Positions 1 to 10,543 of a stretch of DNA of 64,000 nt are shown piece after piece. The notes under the pieces are model-generated. The model searched no databases. It was not told the DNA's origin and worked only from the letters and a program-made list of their open reading frames with translations. Positions within the stretch are counted from its first letter, which is position 1, and each line of letters begins with the position of its first letter. The translations under genes were made by a program, and so were the position numbers. The stretch covers positions 310,001 through 374,000 of the forward strand of contig JAAOMT010000762.1 in NCBI GenBank assembly GCA_016748015.1, read 5' to 3'. Origin of the DNA: Geosiphon pyriformis uo1. Its lineage: Eukaryota > Fungi > Glomeromycota.

Positions 1-425
1 GCAGGTCTTCTTCTTTCCTCTTCTCTAGTCAGAAAATTTTGGTGGATGATGGCTTCTCTTCGGAGATAAAACCATCCCTACTGGTTATGATGGAGGTCAA
101 CAACAGATTTGCTGCTCTTGAGCGCAGTCTCACTAGCCTTGCGGAGTAAGTTAGTAAGCTGGCTAAGAGATTGGATGCATTCAGGCCAATAGTTCTCCAG
201 TCTAGCCCTAGATGTCAGCCATTGGTGATCTCTTCATCACAAAATCAAGGGGCGGATGTAGTAATGAGTAAGGGTTCAAGTGTGTCCACTAGTAGTGAAA
301 CTGTTACGGGAGCGGTGTCTAAGCTGAAAGATAGCATGAAGTGTCTAATGGAAATGGTTCTGGGCCTTTCGGCCAAAGTGGATAGTATAAGTGCACATTC
401 AGTGTCTTTACCCCTCACTTAATGA
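1..425 (+). pseudogene. E1 ORF1 C-terminal part (coiled-coil-like region), disrupted
   Basis: Translation NNRFAALERSLTSLAE*VSKLAKRLD...SQNQGADVVMS matches the ORF1 ends of E7 and E8. Confidence 0.85.
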
Positions 426-3400
426 GCAGTTTGGTCTGGAAATTTGCTACGTGCAACATCAGGGGCATGAACAATCCTGCTAAGCAGAAGGACATTATTA
501 GGTAGTATAAGAAAATGAACAATTTGATCTCTATCATTACTGAAACAAAATTAAGAAGTAAAGTTTGTTCATGGATTGCAGATAAGTTTAATGGTGTCCG
601 AGTGTTTACTTCTGGTTTAAACTCTGGTCACTTGGGTGTGGGTGTTGCTGTTATCATGGACGTTTCTTTGGCTCATCATGTGTGCAAGATTTCTAAGGTG
701 TCTGGTCGGCTCCTGTCTGTCAAATTACTTTTCAAGAGTAAACTTTCTGTGTTGATTCTAGGGCTTTATGCTGGTGCTTCTTCAGTGGTTCAGTTTTCTC
801 AGGCTAATGAAATCAACTCTCTCATTGCAAAGGCTGTCAATGAATCTTCTTTTATTGTTCTTGGTGGCGATTTCAATGAAAATGGTTCTTGTAAGTGTGC
901 AAGTTTTAGGAAGTGTCTTGATTTGGGTCTGGCAAATTCTTTGGTCGGAAGCCTGGCTGTGAAATTGCCCACTTGGGCAAACTCTAGGGATGTTAGAAAA
1001 ACAATTGATTATGTGTTGGTTTCTTCAAATTTGGTTAATGCAATAGTATACTGCAGTGTCTCAGATGTTGGTGAGCATTTTGAAACGAACCATCAAGCTG
1101 TTTCTGTGTCTTTGGGTTTGGGTGGTTTATTGGACATACAGTTGAACTCTCTTTGTAAACAGACAAATAGAGATCATTAGAAGTTTAATTTTAAGAGTGC
1201 TGATGATGTGAAATGGAACAAGTTCAAGGGTGCTATGGCAGCTAATGCTGCCATGTTCTTTGATGATTTTACTGCCTCCCAGCAATTTTCAGATTTGGAT
1301 GCAATGTGGGACATTGTTCACAAAATAATGGTTCTTTCAGCTGATGAGGTGTTCAAGAAGAAATGGTTTAAGGACTATGATGGTGTCTTTACTAGGGAAT
1401 CATCCAAATTTCATAAGTTAGAACTTTTGATATCAAAGCTGGTTAAAGCTTCTTGGTCGATTTGTCATGACGAATTCATTTTACTGTTGGATGTCTGGAG
1501 TTTTCTTGATAATGATAACGCCTCTATGGTCAGATCTCTTTTTCTCTCCAGCTCTCCTTTTAATACTGTTTGGTCAGCTCTTTCCAAGATCAGAAAAACC
1601 TATCACTTACTTAAAATAGTGGAATCAAAGTGCATAGAGGAATCTCAAATCAAATCAGCAATCAATAAGAGGATGGAAAGTTTTGAGCTGAACAAAGGTC
1701 ACACTATTTGGAGCATTCTGGAGCACCCTTTCCATAAAATTATTTTGGATCACTTAGTTGTGGACGATGAGCTGATTTTGGAACCTGGTCTTGTGAAATC
1801 AAGGGTGGATGAAATCATGGAAGGATAGACTAGGAAGCATAGGGTGGTTCCCGATGTCCCTGATGTGTGGCACTGTTAGTATTGGCCATTGGATTATGTT
1901 TTTGATGAGGCTTTTTCTGGTGTAATGCAGTCTATTGAGTTTTTGGAATTTTTTGGCATGGTTTCTGATCTGCCTATTGGCAAGGCTGCTAGTCTTTTGG
2001 GTATTTCAAATAAGCTGTGGATGCATAGTGATAGGTCTGTTCTGGATATGTTCTTGGTGCTTCTGAATTTTTGTCTGTCTCATGAGTCTGTGCTTGGTCC
2101 TTGGAGGGAATCTTGGGTTTCGATGATTCCTAAACTATATGAGTGGAAAGGTGTCTTCACAAATACCCGACCTATAGCCTTGATTGAAACGGCTTGTAAG
2201 ATCCTCTCCAAGATTCTCTCTGACAGGATATCGCTGGCATGCAGTGCTCATGACATTCTTCATGGGGATAATTTTTTAGTTTTGAAGGGTACAACTATCC
2301 AAACTCCTATTTTTGCTATTGATTCAGTTGTTGAAGATGCTTTGGAGAAGAACCGAGAGCTCTGGCTGGTATTGCAAGACATGCAAAAAGCGTACGACTC
2401 TGTTGGATGGGAGCATCTTGAGAAGTGTTTGGTCAGGATCAAAATTTGTGGTAAATTTATTCATTTTTTTGGTAATATTCATAGAAATCGGACCAATTGG
2501 GTTATAACAGATTTTGGTTTAACTGATGGTTATAGTGTACATGATGGGTTGGACCAAGGAGAAGTTTTTTCTCCTCTTCTTTGGCACATATTTTATGATC
2601 TTCTTTTATGTGAAGTCAAGTGTCAGGAGAGTATATGCGGGTATAAACTCAATTCCCATTTTGTCTTTAGGAGTGATCACACTGAATCTTAGGCTGGGTT
2701 TTCTACCTTTTTCGCTGCTGGGGTCTTTGTTGATGACACGATTTGGATTGGCAGCAGTCAGGCTGCTACTCAACATATTCTCAATGTTGCTAGTGAATTT
2801 TTTCGGATTAATGACATTTCAATCAATAATAACAAAACTGTGGCCATTCTTATTAATAGCAGAATCAGCAATTCATCTCTTTTTATCAGTGGTTCACCCA
2901 TTTCTATAGCCAAAAAAGGCAAGTCTCATCAGTATCTTGGTATTTTTCTCTCAACTGATGGTCTTTCTAAGCCTAGTTTGGCTAAAGCACATTCAGATGT
3001 TTGTTTTTTCAGTAATTTGGTTCTAAAGAAAGCAGTTTTCCATTCTATAGTCAGCTACAGGACGCAGTTCAGCTTTGTCTCTGTTAGTGTGTGTGACAAG
3101 TGGGATGCTCTGATTTGCAAGGGTTTAAAACTTAAATCTGGTCTTCCTTTCAATTTTTCTAGTGACACAATTCATTATCCTTCTTTTTATGGTTTGAAGT
3201 TCTTCTCACAATGTCAGTCTGAAAGCAAGATTGCTTTACTTATTAGTTTTGCGAACTCCTGCAGAGTTCTGGGTTAATTGTTCAGTTACAGGTCTCACGA
3301 CTTGCAGGTTCTGTGTTGGCCTCCCATTTATTCATTGAGTTTACTGGCTCGTATCCATGTCTGTGTTTCCAATAATTTCTTGTCAGGTCTGGTACGCATT

Positions 3401-5065
3401 CTTCTTGAATGCAATTTGTTTTTAGGTGGCTCTTTGGCCAGTGCTTTTCGGTTTTGTGATGAGGTGTCTATATCTGCTGTTTTGGGCGAATCCTTGTTTT
3501 TCAAATACTTGTCTTCTCTCCGACATTATGGCATTGTCTTTGTGGATCAGCTTCGGGATTGTCATGGGAATATCTTTGATTGGTACACCTTTAAGTGGTG
3601 GAAGAAACTGGATCCTCGTGGCCCAGTTCCTGTGTGGTTCGGGCACTCTGTTGCATTTCTTAGTGGTGCGTCTCCCCCTCTTTTGGCTTTGAGTGGTGTT
3701 GGCCCTGTGAACATTTGTGGTTCTGATGATTTTGTGTCTGTGTGTGATCATCTTTTTTGAGTTGGCACTGATAGTTTGTCTGTATATATGGATGAGTCGG
3801 TGAAAAATTTGGACATGACTGGTTGTAGGGCTGGGGCTGCTGCCTTTTTTGAGGACATTAATTTGGGTTTGGGTGTTTGTGTTCAGAGTTTGATGTCGTC
3901 TACTTTGATGGAATTGCAGGCTATAGCATTGGCTCTGGAGTGTGTACCTGTGGATTGTTTTGTTTGCCTGTTTTCAGATAGCCAGACAGCTTTGGATGCT
4001 TGTAAGTTGGAGGTTAACTTGGTGTATCCTGACTTTTGCAATTGGTGTTGGGTTGAGCACCAGCATATTAGGAATATTATCCACAGAAAAAATTTGAAAA
4101 TTAGCTGGCACAAGATTAAGGGCCACTCTGGTGTGTTGGAAAATGATTGTGCTGATAGCATCGCTGACGCTGCAGCTCTCTCTGATTGGTTTCTCTTTCC
4201 TTATGTTGTTGAACAGTTTTTGTTGGTGGATGGTGGTATTGTTTCTGGTAATTCTAGGCACTTTGTTCGAAATGTTTTTCATGCTGTCTGTCAGGCAAAC
4301 TGGGAGGTCAGTTCTGGTTCTAGGTTTCTAACTGGTGATTTGCACTCAGATGTCGATTGGTTTACCTTTTCCAGAATTTGGCACCCTGATTTGCATATGG
4401 CGACTGGTTTCACCAGCAGGCACACTGCTGATATTTGTACTTACCTTATGAAGGCTTTGCACCATCAGCTTCCCGTTGCTGTTCGAAAGTGTGTTTATGA
4501 TAAAAGTTACCCTAGTGTTTTGTGTCTGTATTGTGATAAGGTGGAGGTGTCTGATCATGTGTTTTCTTGTATGATTGATGATGCGGCTCATCGTCGGGTT
4601 TTGGGATTCTGTATGTCTTCTTGGATGGTGCTTTCTGGTCTCTCCCTCCCTTCTTCAAGTGTTTTACAGATGCTGTTGACCTGTGCTTCAGATTTCATGG
4701 TATTCTTGGCTCTTTGCAAGGGTTTTGTTTTCAAAGGATGGCTTTAGGAGGCTGTTTCTATCTTCCATGATCCCAAAGTTGCTGGCATTAAAATTGCTAA
4801 TTTTGTATGCTCTATTTGTGTTGCTTTCAGAAATGACGTTTGGTTGGTCCATGCTAAGCATTGTGCACACATGGAAAAAAATGGCTTGATCCTAGTGGAT
4901 GGCTCAGTTTCCGTCTCAGTTTTTGGTTTGGCTTCAAGATTCTCAAATGGTGTGGTTAAACTGCTTGGTGTTACTGAAGCTTTTGGCATCTGTTTTGGCT
5001 TTTGCAAATCTTGTTCTTTTTTTTCAGGTATTGATGACCTGGTTTCAGTTAATATAATTGTGTAG
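422..5065 (+). pseudogene. E1 ORF2: APE endonuclease, RT, RNase H, C-terminal Zn finger; many in-frame stops
   Basis: Endonuclease motifs TCN, TETKL, GGDFNE, TIDYV, TNH. RT motifs RPIAL, QDMQKAYDSV, GLDQGEVFSP, FVDD (2726-2737), YLG. RNase H motifs YMDES, ELQA, FSDSQ, KGHSG, NDCAD. Finger CLYC...H..SC. Confidence 0.95.
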
Positions 5066-5180
5066 TGTTGTTCTGACTGGCTCAAGTGGCTGGTCACGTG
5101 TGAAAAGTGCATGATTTATGCCTAGTTTAGATCATTTTTTTGATGTATAGTTCTAGGTAGTATTTGGATTTCACTTGTTA
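5063..5180 (+). promoter_or_regulatory. Conserved structured 3' UTR of the LINE family (candidate RT-recognition element); homologues at every 3' end
   Basis: Stem 5074-5082/5088-5096, stem 5120-5125/5153-5158, and loop-to-tail complementarity 5083-5088/5172-5177. Confidence 0.65.
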
Positions 5181-5350
5181 AATAATATAAAAAAAAAAAT
5201 AATATATTTTGTATTAAAAATCAAAAAACTTCTTTTATTTTTATGTCTTAAATTTCCCAAAAGAACATAATTTTTGATTAAAAAGTTTTTTGTTTTTTTT
5301 TGCTGTTTTTTTTTAATATTTTACAAATAAGTAATCTTTTTATAATAAAC

Positions 5351-7183
5351 TTAGAAACTGTTTTTAATAATAACATATCTAAAAAAAAAGTGACTAAAAA
5401 GATTTTTTATGATTTTGCTAATGGTTTTTTTCTTAAAAAAAAGTTTCTTGGTATTATCAAACACTTTAATGATAAAAAAGATGTTTTTTTGGTCAAATCT
5501 AACTCTGGCAGTAATATTTATTTGGATATAAACAATAAGTTTAATAATTGTAAAGATAGTAATATCTTAGTTGGCTTAAATAATGAATTTTTTTTGAGTT
5601 TAACAGTTACTATTTCCAAAGCCAAAAGAGTTAATACTAGTTTAAATTGTGGCTTTTTTTTGGTTTTCTTAGTTTTAATATAAAAAAAGATGATAAATTT
5701 CTCTTATTATTTTTTAATATCTTTTTAAACAAAAAGTGTATTGATTTCAAGATTGTAAAAACTCAGATAAAAGTTTTTGTTAATAAATTTTTTGCTTTAG
5801 ATATTAATTTTTTGGCAGTTAAAGAAAAATTAACTATAGTAAAAATATAGATTATTAGAAAAATTTTCTCTAAAGTTTGTGGTTTTAAAAAAATTACTCC
5901 TTTTTTAGAATTTGAAAAAATTATCAAATTTATGTTTATTTTTAAAGAGAGTATAAAAAAAGCTATGTTATTAGTTAGTGAAAATAACATTATAATAAAT
6001 ACCAATTTTAAAAAACAAAAGTTTCACTCAGATTAGACTGTAGTTATAAAAAAAAATTATAAATATACTTAAAAATATGATTGTTACTACAGTAGTTAAA
6101 TATAATTAAATAGTATTAATCTAATTATAACTAATTAAACTATAATAGAAAACTATAATAAAATTTGTTAAATTGAGTCAAACTAATTTTCTGGTATCTA
6201 AGTAATTATTTTTAATCAAAAAAAATTCAATACATGTGGCAAAGCTATAAAAAATCATAATATTTAAATGTTTAGAAATTATTTTAGAACACTTTTGTTT
6301 ATTTTGCTTGTAGAAACAATTGTTTATAATCTTAGTGTCTTGATAAAAAAAACTAGTAAGAAAATTTGTATAATTAATTACTTTTTATTATTGGCAATAA
6401 AATTTAATATGCAGTAGTAGATTTTATATCAAAAAAAGATCTGAATTTAGTTTTTTACATAAAACTTATTTTCAATAGTATAAAATTCTTTTAAATTAGA
6501 TTGGATTTAGTTTGTTGTAAAAAATATAAATGCTTTAAATATTTTACTCTTAAATGTAAGACTACTGGAACTGTTACTTCTGCTTTAAGAAAAATTTATA
6601 AAAAGTTTATTTTAAATGCCAATTAGTGTTAACTAGCTTATTTTTATGCCAAAAAAAAAGTGTTTATCTTGCAGCTTATAACTTTTAAGAGCAAATTATA
6701 AGTACAAATTGTTTTTTGTCTTCTGTTTTAATTATTGCTTATAATAATTTTTGGATTAACAATTCATTTTCTTGTTCTTTTTTTCTTGCCAATAATAATC
6801 TTTTGCCACTTATAATGTTTTTTGTAAATATTTATCTGGTATCTTTAGAAAGGTTTTTAGAGTTTTTGACAAATTAAGTATTCAATATTTTTTGCAAGTT
6901 GGATGTTTTGAACTTAAGTTTTTATGTTTTTATAGCTTTTTTTTTTCTTTGATAAAAGCTCCAGATTTTAATATAAAATTAAATTTGAATATAATATTAA
7001 ATAGTTTATATATGCTGTTTTTTTTTCTGTTACAGGTTTTTCAAGTTTTTTAATATTAAGACTAAGTAATTTAAAGATTTTTACTGCCAAAATAAGAAGC
7101 ATAAAATCAAAAATAATTGCTTTAAATACTTTAATTAATTGTATATTAGTTCAAATTTATTGTTGTATTTTTTGTCTTAATAA
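5351..7183 (+). pseudogene. E2 ORF1, heavily decayed (start approximate)
   Basis: Collinear with ORF1 of E4, E5 and E9. Ends tct-taa-taa, a decayed TCT CAA TGA. Confidence 0.75.
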
Positions 7184-8545
7184 TTAAGTTAGTATAAAAA
7201 ATTAATATTTGTAATATTAGAGATATAAATAATTTGGCTAATCAGAAAAATATTGTTTATTGACATATAGATTTTGGCAATATAATTTTGATTATTACAA
7301 AAACAAAATTAAGATCTAATATTAGGTTATAAATTGAAAATAGATTTAATAAAGTTTGAATTTTTATGTTTGGCTTATATATAGGTTTTTTGATATTAGT
7401 TTGGCTATTATTATAAATGGCTCTTTAATTCAACATGTTTTAAAAGTAAAAAAAACCCAGAATTGGGTAATCTTAGTTTGGTTTTTGTTTAAAAATAAGC
7501 TTTCAATTATGATATTGGGTTTATATATTGGTGCTTCTGCTAAAATTAGGTTTAATCAGACTTTGAAAATCAATTTTTTTAGAAGAAATTTTAATGAAAA
7601 TAGGCTAAAAAAATACAAGTTTCAAGTTTTGTTTAAATTTGAATTTAATTAATTTTTTTAGCAGATATTTATTAATTAAAATTTCTACTTAGAACAATTC
7701 TAAAAAGATTAAAAAAGTTATTAACTATATTTTTGTAAATAAAAATTTGTTATTTACAATTATATATTATAAAATCAACTTGGTATCTGACTTTTTTAAT
7801 ACTGATTATAAAGCAGTTTCTATTTTGGTAGATTTGAAAAATTTTCTAAACTTTTATTAAAACAATATTTGTAAACAAACAAATAAAAATTGTTAAAAAT
7901 TTAATATAAAAAATGTAAATAAAACTAAGTAAACACAATTTAATAATTGTTTTTTTGCTAAAATTTTGGTATTTTTAAATAAATTTGTAAAAACAAGAAG
8001 TTTTAACAATTTGAATTTTATGTGAAAAGTATTAAAAAGAATAGTAATTAACTTAACAAATGGAATTTTTTTTAGATATTGGTTTAATAAGTTTGATTAT
8101 TTAAAAAATAAACAGTTTTTTAAGTTTTTTAAGTTAAAACTACTGGTAGCTAAACTTGTAAAAAATTTGGTTTTAAATAACAAACCTGAATTTGATTATC
8201 TTTTTAAAATTTAGCTATCTGTTGATGATAAAAAATTCTTCAAAATTAGCAAATTAGTTTAAAATAATATAAAATTAACAGACATTATTAAGTATTTATT
8301 CTTTATCAAAAAAAATACAAAAAGTTAAAGTATTATAAATCAAAAACAATTAAAAATATATCTATTAAAAAGACAATCAAAAAGTGTATAAAGAATTTTA
8401 CTTTTAATAAAAAATGCATAATAAGTAGTATTTTGAAATGGCTTTTTTACAAAATTGTTTTAAATTATTTGGTAATTAAAAAGAAGTTAATTTTGGAACC
8501 AAATAGAATAAAAGTTGAAGTTAATAGAATCATAAAAAATTAAAT

Positions 8546-8559
8546 AAAAAAACAGACTA
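8546..8559 (+). repeat. TSD of E3, left copy (AAAAAAACAGACTA); right copy 15350-15363
   Basis: Exact 14-bp direct repeat flanking E3. The A-run merges with the tail, so exact length is uncertain. Confidence 0.9.
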
Positions 8560-8562
8560 ATA

Positions 8563-8631
8563 GAAAAACTTCTTTTTCTCCTTTGTCCCAAATTTCTGAA
8601 AAAGAGTCAAAAATTTTGAAAGAAGTTTTTC
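8563..8631 (+). promoter_or_regulatory. Conserved 5' leader with terminal inverted repeat (GAAAAACTTCTTT / AAAGAAGTTTTTC)
   Basis: Perfect 13-bp inverted repeat 8563-8575/8619-8631. Decayed equivalents at the other 5' ends. Confidence 0.65.
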
Positions 8632-8701
8632 TGTTTTTTATATACTGTTTTCCACTATTTCACAAGAAACAAACTCTTTCATTGTCAGTCCGGCTGCTAC
8701 T

Positions 8702-10543
8702 ATGAGTGGCTCTAGTGCTAAGAGAAGATCAGCCAGAGTTTTGACCACTGGTTTGGTTGGTAGTGATTTAGGTTATAAAATCAAGAAATCTCCTGGTGGT
8801 GCTAAGCTCTCAAGTAGTGATACAACTCTCAAAAGTGGTGGGTCTGGTTGTGTGGTCGGGCAGTTTAATGACATGGATACTGATGGAGAAGCTTTCAAAG
8901 GTGAAGGAGCACCTGATTCCAAGATGAATATGCCTCAAGCTAAACATTTCAATAATGGTGCGACTGTTGGCTCTCCTTTTGGCTCTATCAATTATAACAT
9001 GGAGGAAAAAGAGGAAGTGTCTCTTCCTTTCCATAAGTCTTTCTCTTTGGATAAGATGTGGGTGGATTCCAAAATTATTAAAACTCAAGTGGAAGTGGCC
9101 GTGAAAAAATCATTTGCTTTGGACATTAATCTTTCGGCTGTAGAAGGGAAATCAGCAATGGCCAAAACTTAGGTCATAAGAAAATTATTTTCAGGAATCA
9201 ATGGTTTTGGGGGAGCCACCACCCCCTCAAAATTTGAGGGGATCATCTGATTAACATTTACTTCATCTGAAAGCATGGAAAAGGCCACGTTATTGGCCAG
9301 AGAGAATAACATCATAGTAAACAGTGATCTTAAAAGACCAGGAGTTCACTCAGATCGGGCCATAGTCATCAAGGAAATTTCCATAGATATGCCAAAAGAA
9401 ATGATCATTGCCGTAGTATCCGAGTTTGGTCAAGTGGTGTCAATCCGATTGCAACTCATTGAGCTGTGGCAGAAGACTGTAGTGGAGTTTGCTGAATCGA
9501 GTCAGGCTGATCAATTGGCAGCTAAGTGGTTATTCTTAATCGGGAAAGATTCAGTGCACGTGGCCAAAGCTGTGAGGGATCGTGAGACATGGGCATCTAG
9601 AGATTGGTATAGAGCGCTTTTGTTTACTTTGTCAGTGGGAACGATAGCTCATGATCTTGGCAATCTTTTGGCAGGGGCTGGTGGGAAAACTTGCGTCATA
9701 AATCGATCTTTAGTCACTGGTAATAGAGTTCATTGTGCTGTGGTTTGTTTTGAGAATGACAAGGTATTGGAGTTTGCATTTTGTACGGAGTCTATTTTTG
9801 GTGGGGTGAGACTGTCTTGGACTAGATTGGACATGGTTTGGTGTGACCAGTGTGAGAAACTTGGTCATTCTGTTCTAGAGTGTAATGCTGAAACCTCAAC
9901 CTCTCCTACTCTTTCCAAGTCATTTAAAAGAGTTGTCTCTAAAGAGAATCGCCTCCAGTTGGCCAAGCTGTATGTGAAAAAGAGTGTGCCTATTTTCAAA
10001 CTGGCTGTATTTGGCAGCAAATCATGAGCCCAGGTTGTTTCTCTGGCATCTTTGTCTAATGGTTCTCACTCTGGTTCTGGTCCTGGTTTTGGCTCTTCTT
10101 CTGATGCTTCAGGTGTGGTTGGTCACTTGTCTCCTACAGGTCCTGTTAATTCATTTTTGGAAGCTCGTCTCACTTTTTTGGAGCACTCTTTAGAACTTCT
10201 CATGGATAAAGTGTCTGGTATTATTGACAAACTTGACAGTTCAAACCTAGTGCCCTTGGCTTTCGCCTCCTCCTCTCAGCCCTTGGTTGTCCCTGGTTTG
10301 GTTAATATGAAATTTGGTTTAGATATGGTTTTGGATGAACCTGAGTCTGCAGTTCTTCCTCCTTCTTCAGTTTCTTCTGGTGTCTCAAGTTTGGATTCGA
10401 GTAGTTCAAAAATTTTGACTTTGAAAGTGGGCTGTTTGGAGTCAAAGTTAATGGCTCTCAAAGCTTTGGTTTGTTTGGTATTAAAAAAGTTAGATCAGAT
10501 GTGTGCTGGCTCAAGTTCTGTGGTCTTTTCTGTATCTCAATGA
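8702..10543 (+). pseudogene. E3 ORF1 (RRM-like x2, CCHC knuckle, coiled coil), disrupted
   Basis: ORF fragments 8702-9172, 9275-10027 and 10052-10543 are in one frame. Knuckle CDQCEKLGHSVLEC. RRM-like IVIKEISIDMPKEMII...EFGQV...VVEF. Confidence 0.9.

Larger units (their letters stand above)
1..5199 (+). mobile_element. LINE copy E1 (5' part outside window), ending in conserved 3' UTR and A11 tail
   Basis: ORF1 C-terminus, then endonuclease, RT, RNase H and Cys-finger fragments in order. 3' UTR 5066-5188 is shared with the other copies. A-run at 5189-5199. Confidence 0.95.
5216..8559 (+). mobile_element. Old, very AT-rich LINE copy E2, segment 1 of 4 (5' leader, ORF1, endonuclease, linker)
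   Basis: Leader aaaaaacttc at 5223-5232. Degenerate ORF1 (FFALDINFLAVKEK) and endonuclease (LFKNKLSIMILGLY) homology. Ends at the E3 TSD. Confidence 0.9.

Noticed and set aside
299-330. Possible ~21-bp microhomology deletion in E1 ORF1 (GAV-SKL vs AVVFDLLVVLKM in E8)
   Set aside because: No close enough relative in the window to separate a deletion from a subfamily length difference.
3422-4282. Short antisense and alternate-frame ORFs in the track (here and throughout) as real genes
   Set aside because: They overlap LINE ORF2, are not preserved between copies and have no recognisable motifs. They are by-products of strand skew.
5071-5113. Hammerhead or tRNA gene in the 3' UTR (CTGA...GAAA, cloverleaf-like)
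   Set aside because: No CUGANGA core and no tRNA D-loop or T-loop consensus. Kept only as an unclassified structured element.
5200-5222. TSDs for E2, E9 and E10
   Set aside because: Only short, mismatched A/T-only matches (e.g. TTGTATTA vs TTATATTA after the E2 tail), not distinguishable from chance.
8563-8631. Hammerhead ribozyme in the 5' leader (CTGAAAA...GAAA inside a closing stem)
   Set aside because: The core is not CUGANGA, stem I cannot form next to the cleavage site, and CTGA/GAAA are not conserved in the other leaders. No HDV-like fold was recognised either.
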